NCBI GenBank assembly: GCA_013265495.1 | Contig: MU057711.1 | Location: 2,368,844 to 2,432,843, forward strand | Source of the DNA: Vicugna vicugna | Taxonomy: Eukaryota | Length of the DNA: 64,000 nt | Reading direction: 5' to 3' | Shown: positions 11,396-23,719 of the stretch, in pieces | Layout of the letters: every line of letters begins with the position of its first letter | Numbering within the stretch: the first letter of the stretch is position 1 | Made by a program: the position numbers and the translations under genes | Notes under the pieces: model-generated | The model's database searches: none | What the model saw: the letters and a program-made list of their open reading frames with translations, nothing else | What the model was told of the DNA's origin: nothing

Positions 11396-14145
11396 GGGCT
11401 TTTGGTGGATGCAGAACATGCTGGAAGCCGGTTTCCTTCCCTGAAGCAAGCCAGGGGGAAGGCGCAGCCCCACACCAGTCATAAAGGCATTCCAAGGGCA
11501 TGGCCACCACCACCCTGGCTGGTGGATCTGCGTGGCTTCCTTGGACTTGCACGAGAGGATTTCTCAGAACGTGTGGCCTGAGGCGGCTCCCGAGCCTTAC
11601 CCTGCACAGGCAGCCAGAACCTCTCTGCGATACGTCCTCCACCACAGCAGGAGAGGGCTCACTTGTGAGCTCGAAACCCTCATCCCCTTAGCGCCGTGGG
11701 GGAGACGTCAGAGCACGACCCAGAGCACACACGCCCCTGGCCGCAGCCTGTATGCTGTGCAGGCGAGACTCACCCTTTCTAGTCTAGGGGGCTCCCGTCT
11801 CCCCAGCAGATCAGCTACAAGATTCCACATTTCTCACACAGGCATTCTGGTAAACAGTTGAAAGGGTGTTTTAAATCGATACATGGTTTCAAGCAGTAAG
11901 GAGAAAACCCCACAAGGGACACTTCTGACTTCTTGCCATCTCTGGCATGTGTTTGTTTTAAGTGGATACATTATTAATGGCAGTATCATCTTTTTTAATT
12001 ACTTCCTGGATGCTAGACAAATTGTCTTCCCTCCAGTATAGTTTTTTGCTTTTGTACCCGCTGGCACAGAAGTGGGACCACTGTCCAGTGTGAGCGTCAG
12101 CGATCAGCTCAGCTGTGGGATGGAGCTCTGAGGAATGTGACTCAAAGCAGGAAGGCAAGGAGCCTGCACAGCCTAGGCTTCGAATCAGACAACTCTGAAG
12201 CCAGCATTCTGAGGTCAGGTTCAGTAAGCAGAAAAGCCTAGGAAATAAGGTATAAGCCCATAGCCCTTCCCTGACTCCTCCTGCATTTTTAAGCGCCCCC
12301 TGCAATCTTCAGCTCTGTCTCAGTTTTATATCAGAAAGGCGTGGGTCTGTGGCGAGAGAACCTGGACAACCTGCAGTACTTCCTTCCTTCTCTTCAGTCC
12401 TCAGAGCTAGCTAGTGTTTTGAAGAGCTTTAAAACTAAAAGGCGTGCTACCCAGCATAAGCATGTACAGAGGTTCCCATGTCTGCAGCCCTCTCACAAAT
12501 GCTGAGACGGTCTTGTTCTGAACCAAAAGAATCAAGGCAAGTGCTAAAAACTAGGTTTGTGAGATGGGGTCTTAACAGTGCTTCAACTCGGAAAGAATCG
12601 AAAGAAGTCAGCCTGTGTTTCCAGGTAAGGAATAACCAAACTGCCCAGTCCCCTCTCTGAACTGACTTCACTGCCTCATGACCACAGTGTCCCCTGGATT
12701 TCTAATACAGCTGAATTTTTAGCTAGCAGTCACCCAGGAACTCCCCTGAAATTATACAGAAAATCTTGCAAACATGAGACTTTGAAAGATTACACAAAGC
12801 TGCAGACAGGTGACTGAGCAGCCAGGCTTCCCGGGACAGCGGGCCCGGGGGTGAGCCGCCGCCCCAGCCACGGGCGGGGGAACCGGAGCCGAAGCTGCTG
12901 CCAGCCTGCGCTGTGTCTGGCTTGGGGCTGGGCGGGCTGGTGGCAGTGCGGTGCACCGTATGAAACTGGAATAGGTATGAATAAATCGTAAGAACTTGGT
13001 GTCCTAAAGGAATTTTACGGCAAAAATGCTGGTAAAGGAAATAAGCCTTACTTAAATTGCCTTTTTTACACACCAATTCTTCATGTAAAGGGCTGGTTTC
13101 AGGTGAGTACTACACTGAAACCTATACCCTGAAAATCATCAGTGACCAGGGCTGCTCAGCAGGGCCTTCCTGGGGCGTCAGGGAGGTTCTGTTGCTGGTA
13201 CCGTGGAGACACACGTCAGTGCGCGGGGCCCCTCTGAGGGGGACATGCTTCTTTCTACTCTTGCAATATTCAAATTACCTTTTTCCTCCAGCAACGGAAA
13301 TCCCAATTGGGAGTTTAAAAAATAACTGGTTACCACTCATGTATTTTTCTTTATTGCCAATGAAAGTACTGTGTTTGGATAAGAATATTAAGGTTTTAAC
13401 TTTTAATGTTCAGATCATAGTGTATAACTGACCATAAAAACCACTTAGTTATTTTTTATAAATCTGTTTTCCAAATACCAAGTCATTTCTTCATAGGTGT
13501 CATTCTGCTTTATGACAGGACAAGTATCTTTTCAAACACTGACCTTCTCTAGGGGTCAGGGACTTGCTTCAAGTTTCTACTAAGGTGGGCTCACTGACGT
13601 GAGTAAAAGTCACACCTGAAGTTTTCTGGTTGGCTTATTAAGAAAATTTCCTAACAGAAAAGAGCATTAACCACTGTATGCATTGTACATATGTACAGAA
13701 GTATGCTTGGAGAAAGCACACACAAATGACTAGGGGTTATGCTATATACTGAATATTTATAGATCTGTAACATTTGTTTCAAAATGTTGTATTTCATTTT
13801 TATAAAGTACCAGTATTCCTACTTTGTTTAGCTTTTCACGGATTAAATTAGCAATTTAGAAAACCTGAATAGCCTGAAGTGTTTTGAATTTAAATGTTTT
13901 CTTGGCCTTTGGTAACTTACCTTAGCTAAGTAGATCAAGTTTAAGAATTAGTTAGCCACCTGAATTACACGGGAGAGACAAACTCTAAAAAGACCTGATA
14001 AATACTTATTTGAACTGATTCTTTAATTCTCTTGGCATATGATTTCAAGTAGGGTTTTGGAAGATTAGGTCATTTTAACTCTTTTGAGAGAATCAATTTT
14101 CCTTCAGCCTACTTGTTAAATGTTAGTTTTCAAAGTCAAGAAAAT

Positions 14146-14151
14146 AATAAA
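14146..14151 (+). terminator. Candidate ADCY7 polyadenylation signal AATAAA
   Basis: AATAAA followed by GT/T-rich sequence at the end of an AT-rich, UTR-like block. Other hexamers occur upstream and usage is not shown. Confidence 0.5.
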
Positions 14152-15139
14152 ACGGCTTCCTGCCTGCGTGTTTTACAGAAGGTCTCCCAACAGTCTGAGC
14201 AGGGTCTTAAACTTAATCTGTTCACTACACTAGACTACAGTCTAGTGCCTGGTTATAAAAGAGAGTCACATAACATGGTATTCTACTTAAAGAATTAACC
14301 TGTTCAGGCACTTGGCCTTTACATTTCAGAAACAAGTAGATGAGAATTAGTTTAGGGGCATGGCAGGGGCGTAGGTGACCTGTGAGAAACAGAAATGTAA
14401 ACTTTCCTTTAAGCTTGTTTATCCTTGTGTATTCAAGAATGCGTTAGTTTGTTATCTTATTTGTCGTTATCCAAATAACCCTCTGACAAATGGCAAAAAC
14501 CACCCAAAGAGGAACACCAACTAAGTTAATGCTAGGAAACTCCTGGTAGGTTTTTTTGTTTGTTTTTGATGGTATTTGTTTTTGGTAGTAGCGGAAAGCC
14601 CCTAATCACTTACCTAATCCTCCTAGATGGGGACATCACTGCCAACAGGTATGTAGGGGACATACTAGTAACTTCTAGAGTTATTTTAAGTATTTTTATC
14701 TGTAACAATGGAAAAATCTCACTGGATGGGGATGCTTAAGGAGTTTCTCAGATACCGTCCTGTCTGTGAAACATAAGGAAGGAGCATTGTCCTTATTCTG
14801 AGAAAACTCTGCCAGGTCTACTCCCACCCACTTTCTGCCCACTGTGGTGACGGGTCAGTCATGTTCCTCCTAAGGCCACTTTCTGAATAAATCATCAAGG
14901 TGTAATCTGTTAAGTTAGGAAACATTTGGTTATAATTTCCTTAATGAAAAGTATGGCAGATGTAGAAAATGAGGGATTTCAATTATCTGGAGGAACTTCT
15001 TTTAATGGATCATCATGTAAAAGGCTGTTTCATTTTCCAAGCTTTCCTCTATCACTTCATCCTCAGATTCAGCCCCCGAGGAAGGTGAAGGGGTAACTTA
15101 GCTGACATGCACAACACAGCTCACAGCCCCAGGTTCAGC

Positions 15140-15145
15140 TTTATT
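15140..15145 (-). terminator. Candidate BRD7 proximal polyadenylation signal AATAAA
   Basis: tttatt on the + strand, about 160 nt after the BRD7 stop codon. Confidence 0.55.
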
Positions 15146-15301
15146 ATCTGACAGAAGTCCAACCTCTGGAACATTAAAATTAACTGTTCCAGAGTTTAAT
15201 TAAAAACACAATTTACAAATATTTAATATCTTCTGAAAAGCATGTCCAAGTTAAGAATGAAAAAAATATATACATAATATTTACTCAAATACCAGTTAGC
15301 T

Positions 15302-15357
15302 TCAAATCCCATCAGGTCCACACTCAGTAACATCAGTCTTTTCAGGTTCTTCAAAAC
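15302..15357 (-). CDS. BRD7: BRD7 exon 17 (GFEEPEKTDVTECGPDGI*)
   Basis: poly-C tract + cag acceptor; TGA at 15304-15302. Confidence 0.88.
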
Positions 15358-15673
15358 CTGGGGGGGGGGGAACCTTCATTCAGCCTTTTTTCCTTTTAGT
15401 TAAAAAAAGGATGTGAAAGAAAAGAAGAGTAACTTGACAGCACTTCTCTACCATGTTAAAGGGTCAAGACTAGGTACTCACTGTAGCTTTTTTTTTTTTT
15501 TGCAAATGTATGGAATCTTTATTCTTTAGACAAGATGGAAAGAAAACTAAAACAGTTTATACGTTAACATGCAGAACAAAACCTTTCAGATGTTACTTGG
15601 AGGGAGAGGACTGATGTTTCCTTTTACTCACACTTATTAGCTCTCCAGTCTCCCAGGGACACAGGGCACGTAC

Positions 15674-15817
15674 CTTCTGTTAAATCTACAAAGTTGTTCT
15701 CAGTGACCGGGGCAGGGACGGAAATCCCCATCGCTTTTCGGACTCCGTACGTGCTTACAATATCACCTGGAGTCACTTGCTGTGCAAGTTCTTTAAGGTT
15801 ATTGGTCACTTGTTCAG
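15674..15817 (-). CDS. BRD7: BRD7 exon 16 (EQVTNNLKELAQQVTPGD...VDLTE)
   Basis: ttctag|CT ... G|gtacgt. Confidence 0.94.
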
Positions 15818-16029
15818 CTAGAAAGAAAAAAAAAATCAATATAAACACAGTTCAAGGTACTGAAATGTGATTCCTTTAGATAACTAAAAAAAACAAAAGC
15901 CCAATAAATATAGAAATGCAAAAAAAAACCTGTCCAAGAATATTTCAGGGTTACTTCCCAGTGGCACCACAACTCAAGAGTTCTTCCTTTAAGCACCCCA
16001 ATTCTCCTCTTGCTGGAGGTACAACATAC

Positions 16030-16173
16030 CGAGATGCATTTCTCTGTATGAGGGACCCAAGAGACAGATCATGTTGGGAGGGGGTCTTGTGCTCAGGCGC
16101 TCATTCTGGGCTTCCTGGAGCTCCCGGAGCAGTTTGGTGGTCTCGTCAAGTTTCCTCTGGAACACTTCAGCTT
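16030..16173 (-). CDS. BRD7: BRD7 exon 15 (AEVFQRKLDETT...YREMHL)
   Basis: cccag|AA ... G|gtatgt. Confidence 0.94.
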
Positions 16174-16472
16174 CTGGGTGGTAAGAAAAATAACTTACTA
16201 AAGACCACATGGACATATTTGTATTTGATCTTATGCAGTAAACTGAGTACTGTGCCCTGGGGTTTTCCTATTTATTGGTTAGTCTTCTCTCCTCAAAGGA
16301 GTAATCCCCCTCAGATGAAATCAATACCACAGACATGCTTTACTCTTCACTGACACGTGGCCACCAAGGTGCTCCTATAGTGAACGGCTGTGTTCATCTG
16401 TGCTGGTGTGACATTAAATCTTGACTGCCTGTGTCATGAAGTGCTTCCTTCAAACCCTCAGGAGACACTCAC

Positions 16473-16587
16473 CTTCAGAGTCAAAGACTTCAACTGGAGC
16501 TCCAAAGTTTGTTACTGCTTTCAGCGCTGTGAGCCTGTCCTGATTACTGGGGTCTAAACGCCCTGGTGGCTCAATTTCTGTAACCTG
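16473..16587 (-). CDS. BRD7: BRD7 exon 14 ((Q)VTEIEPPGRLD...VFDSE); alternative start at 16584
   Basis: Tandem acceptor aag|CAG|GTT; donor G|gtgagt. Confidence 0.92.
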
Positions 16588-18592
16588 CTTAAAAAAAAAA
16601 TTATTTGAGCCTGCTAAGCCCTGACAGTGCTAGAATGAGCATGCTAGTAAGATGGCTTGTGTTCATAAGCCAAGTTATCTCACCTATTTAGAGTTATAAT
16701 TCTGATGCCTACAAAAACCTTTAAAAAACCATCCCCAAATCCTGGCAGACATGTTCGTGAATCCACACTTCTGTAATGGAATGGCGTGTCTCACACAATC
16801 TGCATCCTGTGTCTCATCACTACTCTGAAGATAAAAGCCCTGTTCCTGCACCGGGAAGAGCTTCTGCTGACTAAGACAGTGCATCACGTTGTTCCCGTCT
16901 ACACACTTGCACTCCCTGTGGAAGATCTCGAACATAAGAGATCTCCTGGGTCTCCTCTGGGGCCCACAGCCAGGCTGACAGTATTGCACGGGAGAAACAA
17001 AATCCTAAAAAAGGTGGAGTTTTATTTGTGGAATCAGAAGACTCAGACTTCCATAATCCTAACACTGCTTTTTGGGAATAGGAAAATCCTGATAATGAGT
17101 CGCCAAAAGCTGATGGTCCCATTTAGACTTTGGTATTGTTCTCTAAGCTCCATCTGAGCACCCAACTTCTCTGCCTCCATGCAGCCTACAAGTGTGTGGT
17201 GGAGAAAACCGTATCAGTGCATACTTATGGTCTGCCATTTCAGCTGGGCTCTTACAACGCTACTCAGTATACACTTCTTACCCTGCTTTCTTTCCCATTC
17301 TCAAGATCTCTTTCATTCTTGTCTGCTCACTAAGCACACAATGTTGCTTGGCAACTCTGTCTTGAAAAATGCCATGGTTATGTAAATACAATCTACATTT
17401 GCATCTATCTTTACTTGATCTCACATCTTCACGTTTTCTTTCCCCTCAAAGGGCTTACATCTCTCTGATCTTTAATGTCCCAGTTTTCCTCCACTCATTT
17501 AACTCATGGAATCTTTACCTTTTGTCCCCACCATTTCACTGAAATTATTCTGATTATGATGACAAATGACATCTGCTAGACTCTCTTACTGGGCTTCTGT
17601 GCAGCATCTGACACTGCTGGACTCTTTCCTGCATGCCATTCGTTCATGGTTTCCCCACCTTAACTGTTGGTCTTCTCCAAGGTTCTGTTATTTGATCCTT
17701 TCCCAGTCTACAAGTTCTGCCTGGATGATCTCATTTACCCTAATAACTACAATAATTCTACCCTGACACCAATGACTTCTACACGCTGCTAATAATGTCC
17801 TAAACCACATACAGCCCTGCAACTGAATGAAATTTCTCTGCCTGACAAAGGTGTGCTCCTTTTCCTGTACATCTGATATGAACTAACGATATTATCTGCC
17901 TCATGCTCCAGCTCCCGACAATTGTAGTTCTACCGTATTTTTCTTTGTTATACATCTTTATTCTCTTCCTTTATATTGTTATGCTAGTTATTTTTCTGCT
18001 GAGTAAATCCCATAGCTTTTCACTGGTCCCCTCCCTCCAGCCCCTTTCTTCTCCACATTTTATCATAGCATCCTATCTTCAAAGATAAAATCTCAACTTC
18101 TCAGCACTGTATGTATGACTCACTATCATCTGGTTCTCACTACCTTTCCTCCTCTCTCCAGGTGCCCCGTGCTCGCTCACGTTCTGGGCGCTCTGCACAC
18201 TTGGATCTGTTTATGTCAATACACAGGCAGTTCAGTTCTACCCGCTGTGGATGCCTGGCCCTGCTGCTGGAGAACGCCTGTGCATCCTTCTAGACCTGGT
18301 TCAGCCAGAAGCCCCTGTGAGGCTCCCCTCAGCTCTGCAGAGCGGCCGGGCCCTCCGACCTGTGTCCCCACGGCGCGCACACTGGCACTGGGTGGTGACT
18401 GGTGTTGGCTCCCTTGTTTACATGCTCGTCGACTGCACAGCTATTACTGACATTCCCCACAAGCAAAAGAGTTCTTTTACCTTAGGAGATACTACAATAG
18501 CTATTTTTCCTTTAAAATAAAAGCTTCATCATTTAGGCTTTTTAGCTTATTCTCTATTTAAATATTTCTTATAAAGCATAAAATATAATCAC

Positions 18593-18649
18593 CTCCATTT
18601 CTTTTGCTGTGTCAAGTGTCCCAGCCTGGACTTCATCTTCAGGTGATGA
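18593..18649 (-). CDS. BRD7: BRD7 exon 13 (SSPEDEVQAGTLDTAKEME)
   Basis: ttatag|TCA ... GAG|gtgatt. Confidence 0.88.
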
Positions 18650-18870
18650 CTATAATAATAAAGAAAAACACTTCATTAAAAGATGAATAAGGCAAATATC
18701 AAGGAAACAAAAATATCAAGAATTTCATAATAAGATAAAAGAAAATAAGAATATAGGTTATTAAAATATAATTTTAAACTAAAAATGAATTAGATATAAT
18801 TGTTAGCATTTTAAGAGTATTTTGTGAGTCCAGAGTACCTATACTGGCGACTTCAAGATTTGACAGTCTA

Positions 18871-21800
18871 GGGGAGGTGCCAAGATGGTGGAGTACAGGG
18901 ACTCCAGGTCGCCCTCTCCCACGAATACACCAAGAACTATGTCTACAAACCCAATGAACTGCACAGAACACCTACTGAACTCTGGCAGAGTGTCCCTCGC
19001 TTTGAAATACTGGAGGATTCTCACAAAATCCAGTAAGAGAAAAAAAGAAAAAGAAAAAATCAGTGCGGGACTGGTCCTGCAGGGAGCAAGCGGCAAAGGA
19101 AGAAAGGCACCCTCATGCTGGGACACATCCTCTCCAGCCAGGAGGTCAGTGGGGGTCAGAAGTGGAGCTTCCGAGGCTCAGAGGAGAATGTGCTGGCTTC
19201 TTGGCAGACAAAACGAAGATAAACTCGCATGGAGGGTCCTTGCGATCCCTGGCCCTACACACGAGCCAGCAGGGACAAGGTGGGACCTGCTGCTGGAGAT
19301 CGGTGAGGAGCCCGGGCAGAGGGCCGGGGCCCACAGCACAGAGGCAGCCTCAGGGGACTGGAGGGTGGTGTGAGCTCTGACTGGGGGTGTGTGTGGAGAA
19401 CTGCTTGGGACTCTCCATAAAAAGGTACCACTGCTGGTGTTCGTGGCAGGGAGGAGGGTGAGGCAGCTGTGCCATCACCGCTTTCTCCACTTGGCTCTGT
19501 TGTTGGTGTGTTCTCTCGAGAAGAGAGGTGGGGCTCGGTCACAGCCACTGCTGCTGCATGGAGACAGGGCTGCAAGCTGAATCCATACCCAGCAGCCCTG
19601 CAACTTTACAGCGGGGACTGAGATTTGTTCACAGCCCCAGGCAAAGAGGGCGGATTTGTGCTCTCTGGACCCTGTGCCTCTGGGAGGAACAGGTAGCGAG
19701 TTCCAAACGGTGGGGGCGGGTGTACTATACAGTATGCAGAGGCGGGGCTGAGGTCTGTGCTGACCCTGTGGCACCACGGATTCAGGTGTGTCACTGCACA
19801 CTCACTACGGCGGCTCCCAGCACCAGACACTGGTGGGTCTGTGCTAGTGGTTCCTGGGGCCCAGAAACCTGGGGGACACCAGAGTGGGTAGCTGACATTC
19901 CCACAGCTAAGGCAGGGACAGATGCAGTATCAACAAAGAGCACTTTCTAAGCCCACATAACAAGTGACAGACAGCACCACAGAAAGCACCTCCCAGCGCA
20001 CATCTCCTGTGGAGGTACACTCAGCGACTCTTCTTCCCAGCTAAAGCCCTCCAACCCTGCCCACCACACACCACAGCTCAGAAATGGGTCTAGAAGCCTC
20101 TATGCCAGCAACAGGGGAGCAGACCGGCCCCTGTCAAGGCTGTGACCACAGAACAAAAAGAGAGGCCCTGCTTAACAACACTCAGGGCAGGCTCTTATCG
20201 CCATGGCACCAACCACACCCCCAATCAAAGGGACCAAAGACCGCACACATGGAAGAAAGATGTGGCAACCATCCATACTAAGAACAGCCCTTGCACCAAA
20301 ACTATTAGATGCACACAGTCTACACAGGAATGCTCCCACTTTAAATAAATAAAAACAACAACAAAAAACAGCCCTTCAAGACCACAGTAGATAACTGATA
20401 CTCCTAAATCCATACAGCCAGAGAAATATACGTAAAACGAAGCAGAGGAACCACTCCCAATTAAAAGAACAAAAGAAGTCCCCTGAAAGAACAATGAGAC
20501 AGACCTCAACAATCTACTAGATCATGACTTCAAAAAGGGGGTGATAAAAGCACTGAAGGAAATAGGAGAGACTATGAATGGAGACAGAGAATACTAAAAA
20601 AGGAAACAGACACTATAAAGAGGAGCTAATTAAAACAAAACACAATGGCTGATAAGAGCTGAGCTAAAGGCAGTCAAAAGCAGACCAGATAATGTAGAGC
20701 AATGAATAAGTGATTCAGAAGACAGGATAAAAGTCACCCAATCAGAAGAGCAGACAGAAAAGCAAGTAAAAACCAATGAAAGCAATATAAAGGACCTATG
20801 GGATAATATAAAGTGTGCCACCCTATGCATAATAGGGGTCCCAGAAGGAGAAGAAAGAGAAAAGGGGACTGAAAAGGTATCTGAAGAAATCATGACCGAA
20901 AACTTTCTAAACCTAAAGAAGGGAACAAATGTCCAAGTATAGGAAGCACAGAGGGTCCCAAACAAGAAGAACCTAAACAGACCTACACCAAGACATATTA
21001 TAATTAAGATGGCCAAAGTTAAAGATAAAGAAATGATTCTAAAGACAGCAAGAGAAAAACAAAGAGTTAGTTATAAGGGAACCCCCATAAGGCTCTCAGC
21101 TGATTTTTCTACATAAACACTGCTGGCCAGAAGGGAGTGGCAAGATAAATTCAAAGTCCTGAATGAGAGAAAGCTGCAATCTAGGATACTCTATCTGGCA
21201 AGACTATCCTTTACAGTAGGAGAGAGAAAGAATTTCACAGACAAGAAAAACTAAAAGAATTCAGCAATACTAAACCTACCCTAAAAGAAATACTGAAAGG
21301 TCTACTCTAACTAGAAAAGACATAGGAAGCTATAGAAAAGAGAAAACCATAATTGGAAATGCAATAACTACAATAAGGGAATAAACATGAAGATAAAAAA
21401 AAAAAGGACACCAAAATCATAAAAGGTGGGAGAGGGGAACAAGAAAACAAAGATTTTTTTTTCTTTTTCTTCCTTTTTCCTTCATTCTTTTTAGGATGTG
21501 TTTGAGCCTACATGACTACTAGTGTAAAGCAAACAGATACAGTAATGGATTAATATAGTTGAAAAACAGGGTAACCATAAATCAAAAGCATATAATAGTC
21601 ACAAAACCCAAAAAGAAACAAATACAAAAGAAAATTATCAAACCAGAAAAATACTGTATGATATCACTTATACATGGAATCTAAAAGACAAATGAACTTA
21701 TTTACAAAACAGAAACAGACTCACATAGAAAACAAACTTATGGTTACCAGTGGGGAAAGGAGGTAGCAAGGGATAAATTGGGAGTTCGAGATACTAATGT

Positions 21801-21990
21801 ATATAAAATAAATAAACAACAAGTTCATACTGTATAGCCTAGGGAACAATATTCAATTTCTTGTAGTAACTTATGGTGAAAAAGAATATGAAAACAAATA
21901 TATGTATGTTCACATATGACTGAAGCATTATGCTGTACACCAGACACTGACACAACATTGTAAACTGACTATATGTCGATTGAAAAAAAG
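18871..21990 (+). mobile_element. 5'-complete LINE-1 derivative: 5'UTR, decayed ORF1 (about 20435-21310), inter-ORF spacer and 3'UTR, with ORF2 essentially absent (HAL1-like)
   Basis: Starts GGGGAGGTGCCAAGATGG like an L1 5' end. ORF1 motifs PRHIIIKMAKVKDK, AREK, GTPIRLSADFS and ARREW occur with stops. L1 3'UTR and A-tail; degenerate direct repeats at both ends. Confidence 0.85.
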
Positions 21991-23306
21991 AGATCGACAG
22001 TTCTATGCCTGATCAAGAAGCTATATGCATGTGTAAAATGGTTTTGGTAAACAGAATACAAGGACTCAAATGGAATCTATTTTTAATAACTGGTGCTTGA
22101 AATCTCTGACAGAGAAGACTGGAGAACTCTAGGGCCTATTCTGCATTAAAAATGGCAATACTGTTCGACATCAGAGGATTACTGTAAAATATTTAAATGC
22201 TACAGAGAACGCGAAAGCCTCCCATAATCCTAGTCATGTGCAAAAATCAGTAATCTCTTTTCTTTTTTTGAAAGGTTATATTGTGATTTATTTAACCAAG
22301 TCCCAGTTTAAAAAAACTGTAAACATTGTATCCCTTATATATTACTTCTTATTTTCTTAAATTCTGAGAAGAGGAACTGCTGGACCAAAGGGCAGAGAAA
22401 CTTTAAATTTGAAAAATATTGCCATATCAACCAGATGGAAGATATTCAATTTTAGTTCAAGACTTTTAATTAATTCAGATTGATGGGAAGAGAATAGTAA
22501 AAATATTTTTGAATTCATGTAAATCTGAGTATTTTTTAGGTCTTGTAAAGAAAGCAGTTCATTTATGTGCTAAGACTGTGCAGCAGTTCTCACTGAACCT
22601 CGGGCGCTGACTCAGCTTTGCCAAGAGGGCAAGGACCAGCAGCCACAGGTAGTGAGGGCAGAGGACAAGGCAACTACAGTCACAGCCTCCAGGAAGAGTT
22701 ATGACTCCTGGGGATACAGGGTTCCTCTAATTATGGTGACAAGGACATTTCTGAGATCAACTCTCCTGTACGCCAGAAGGAACATTTTCTGGTTCTAATC
22801 TTTGAGCCAAGTCTCTGAATTATCCTGGATTATGAACTACATCCAACTGAACTGGAGCTAGTTTACAAGTGTTAATAAAAGACAGCAATGAGGAAGCTTT
22901 TTACTTTTTCACTTGAGGCTCCACTGTGTTATTACTACAAAATAAGGAAAAGGACATTCCCTATCATTTTAGTCAACTCAGTTTCAAGCCAGTGAGCAGG
23001 ACTTCCTTTTTTTTTTTGTTAGGGTACATAACAGAAGTTGACTTCTGAGTTATAACCCCATTTTTGATTCCTACATTCCCAAGATGAGGAGATAATGACA
23101 CTCCTCTGGCCCTCACAGATCCTGGTAGCTGAGTTACTCGTTTCCGTTCATTGTCCTCCACCCATGGTCTCCACCCAGGCTGGGCTGTCTTTTCAGCGGA
23201 ATGGAGTTCAGCTGTCACACTGGTTAATCCCATGGTTTCATAACACTGACGACTAACACTTGAGAGCCAATGATAAATCACCCTGTTTCTTTAGCAGCAT
23301 TCTTAC

Positions 23307-23418
23307 CATCTCCGACTCTTGCAGGGTTCTAGAATGTCCTCCTTTTGTTAAGACATCCAGTAAACCATCTGCCATGACATATGGATAATCTTGGCATGTG
23401 GCCAAAAACTCATGGATG
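23307..23418 (-). CDS. BRD7: BRD7 exon 12 (IHEFLATCQDYPYVMADGLLDVLTKGGHSRTLQESEM)
   Basis: tttcag|C ... ATG|gtaaga. Confidence 0.94.
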
Positions 23419-23719
23419 CTGAAAGAGAGTGTGTTGGGAAAGTCACTTTCATATATAAATCATCTCTACTGGTGTAATCTACTACCAGAGCCAACTGTTT
23501 CATTAGATGCCCTTAATTTATACACCATGACGTGAAACTTTCCATCCAGGCACAACACTGTACTTATATATTACCAGTGATAAATTTATCATCATGAGAG
23601 AATTAAACAACATCAAGAACACCGTGAAAAGGAAATGCTCCTGGGGAAACCTTCAAAGAAAAACAAGACTTGTGATGGCGGGGTCCAGGGCTCAGCGTGT
23701 GGAGCTCTTTCCTTCTCCC

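Noticed and set aside
16357..16376. CTCF-like motif TGGCCACCAAGGTGCTC
   Set aside because: It has several mismatches in the core and cannot be supported without motif scoring or ChIP data.
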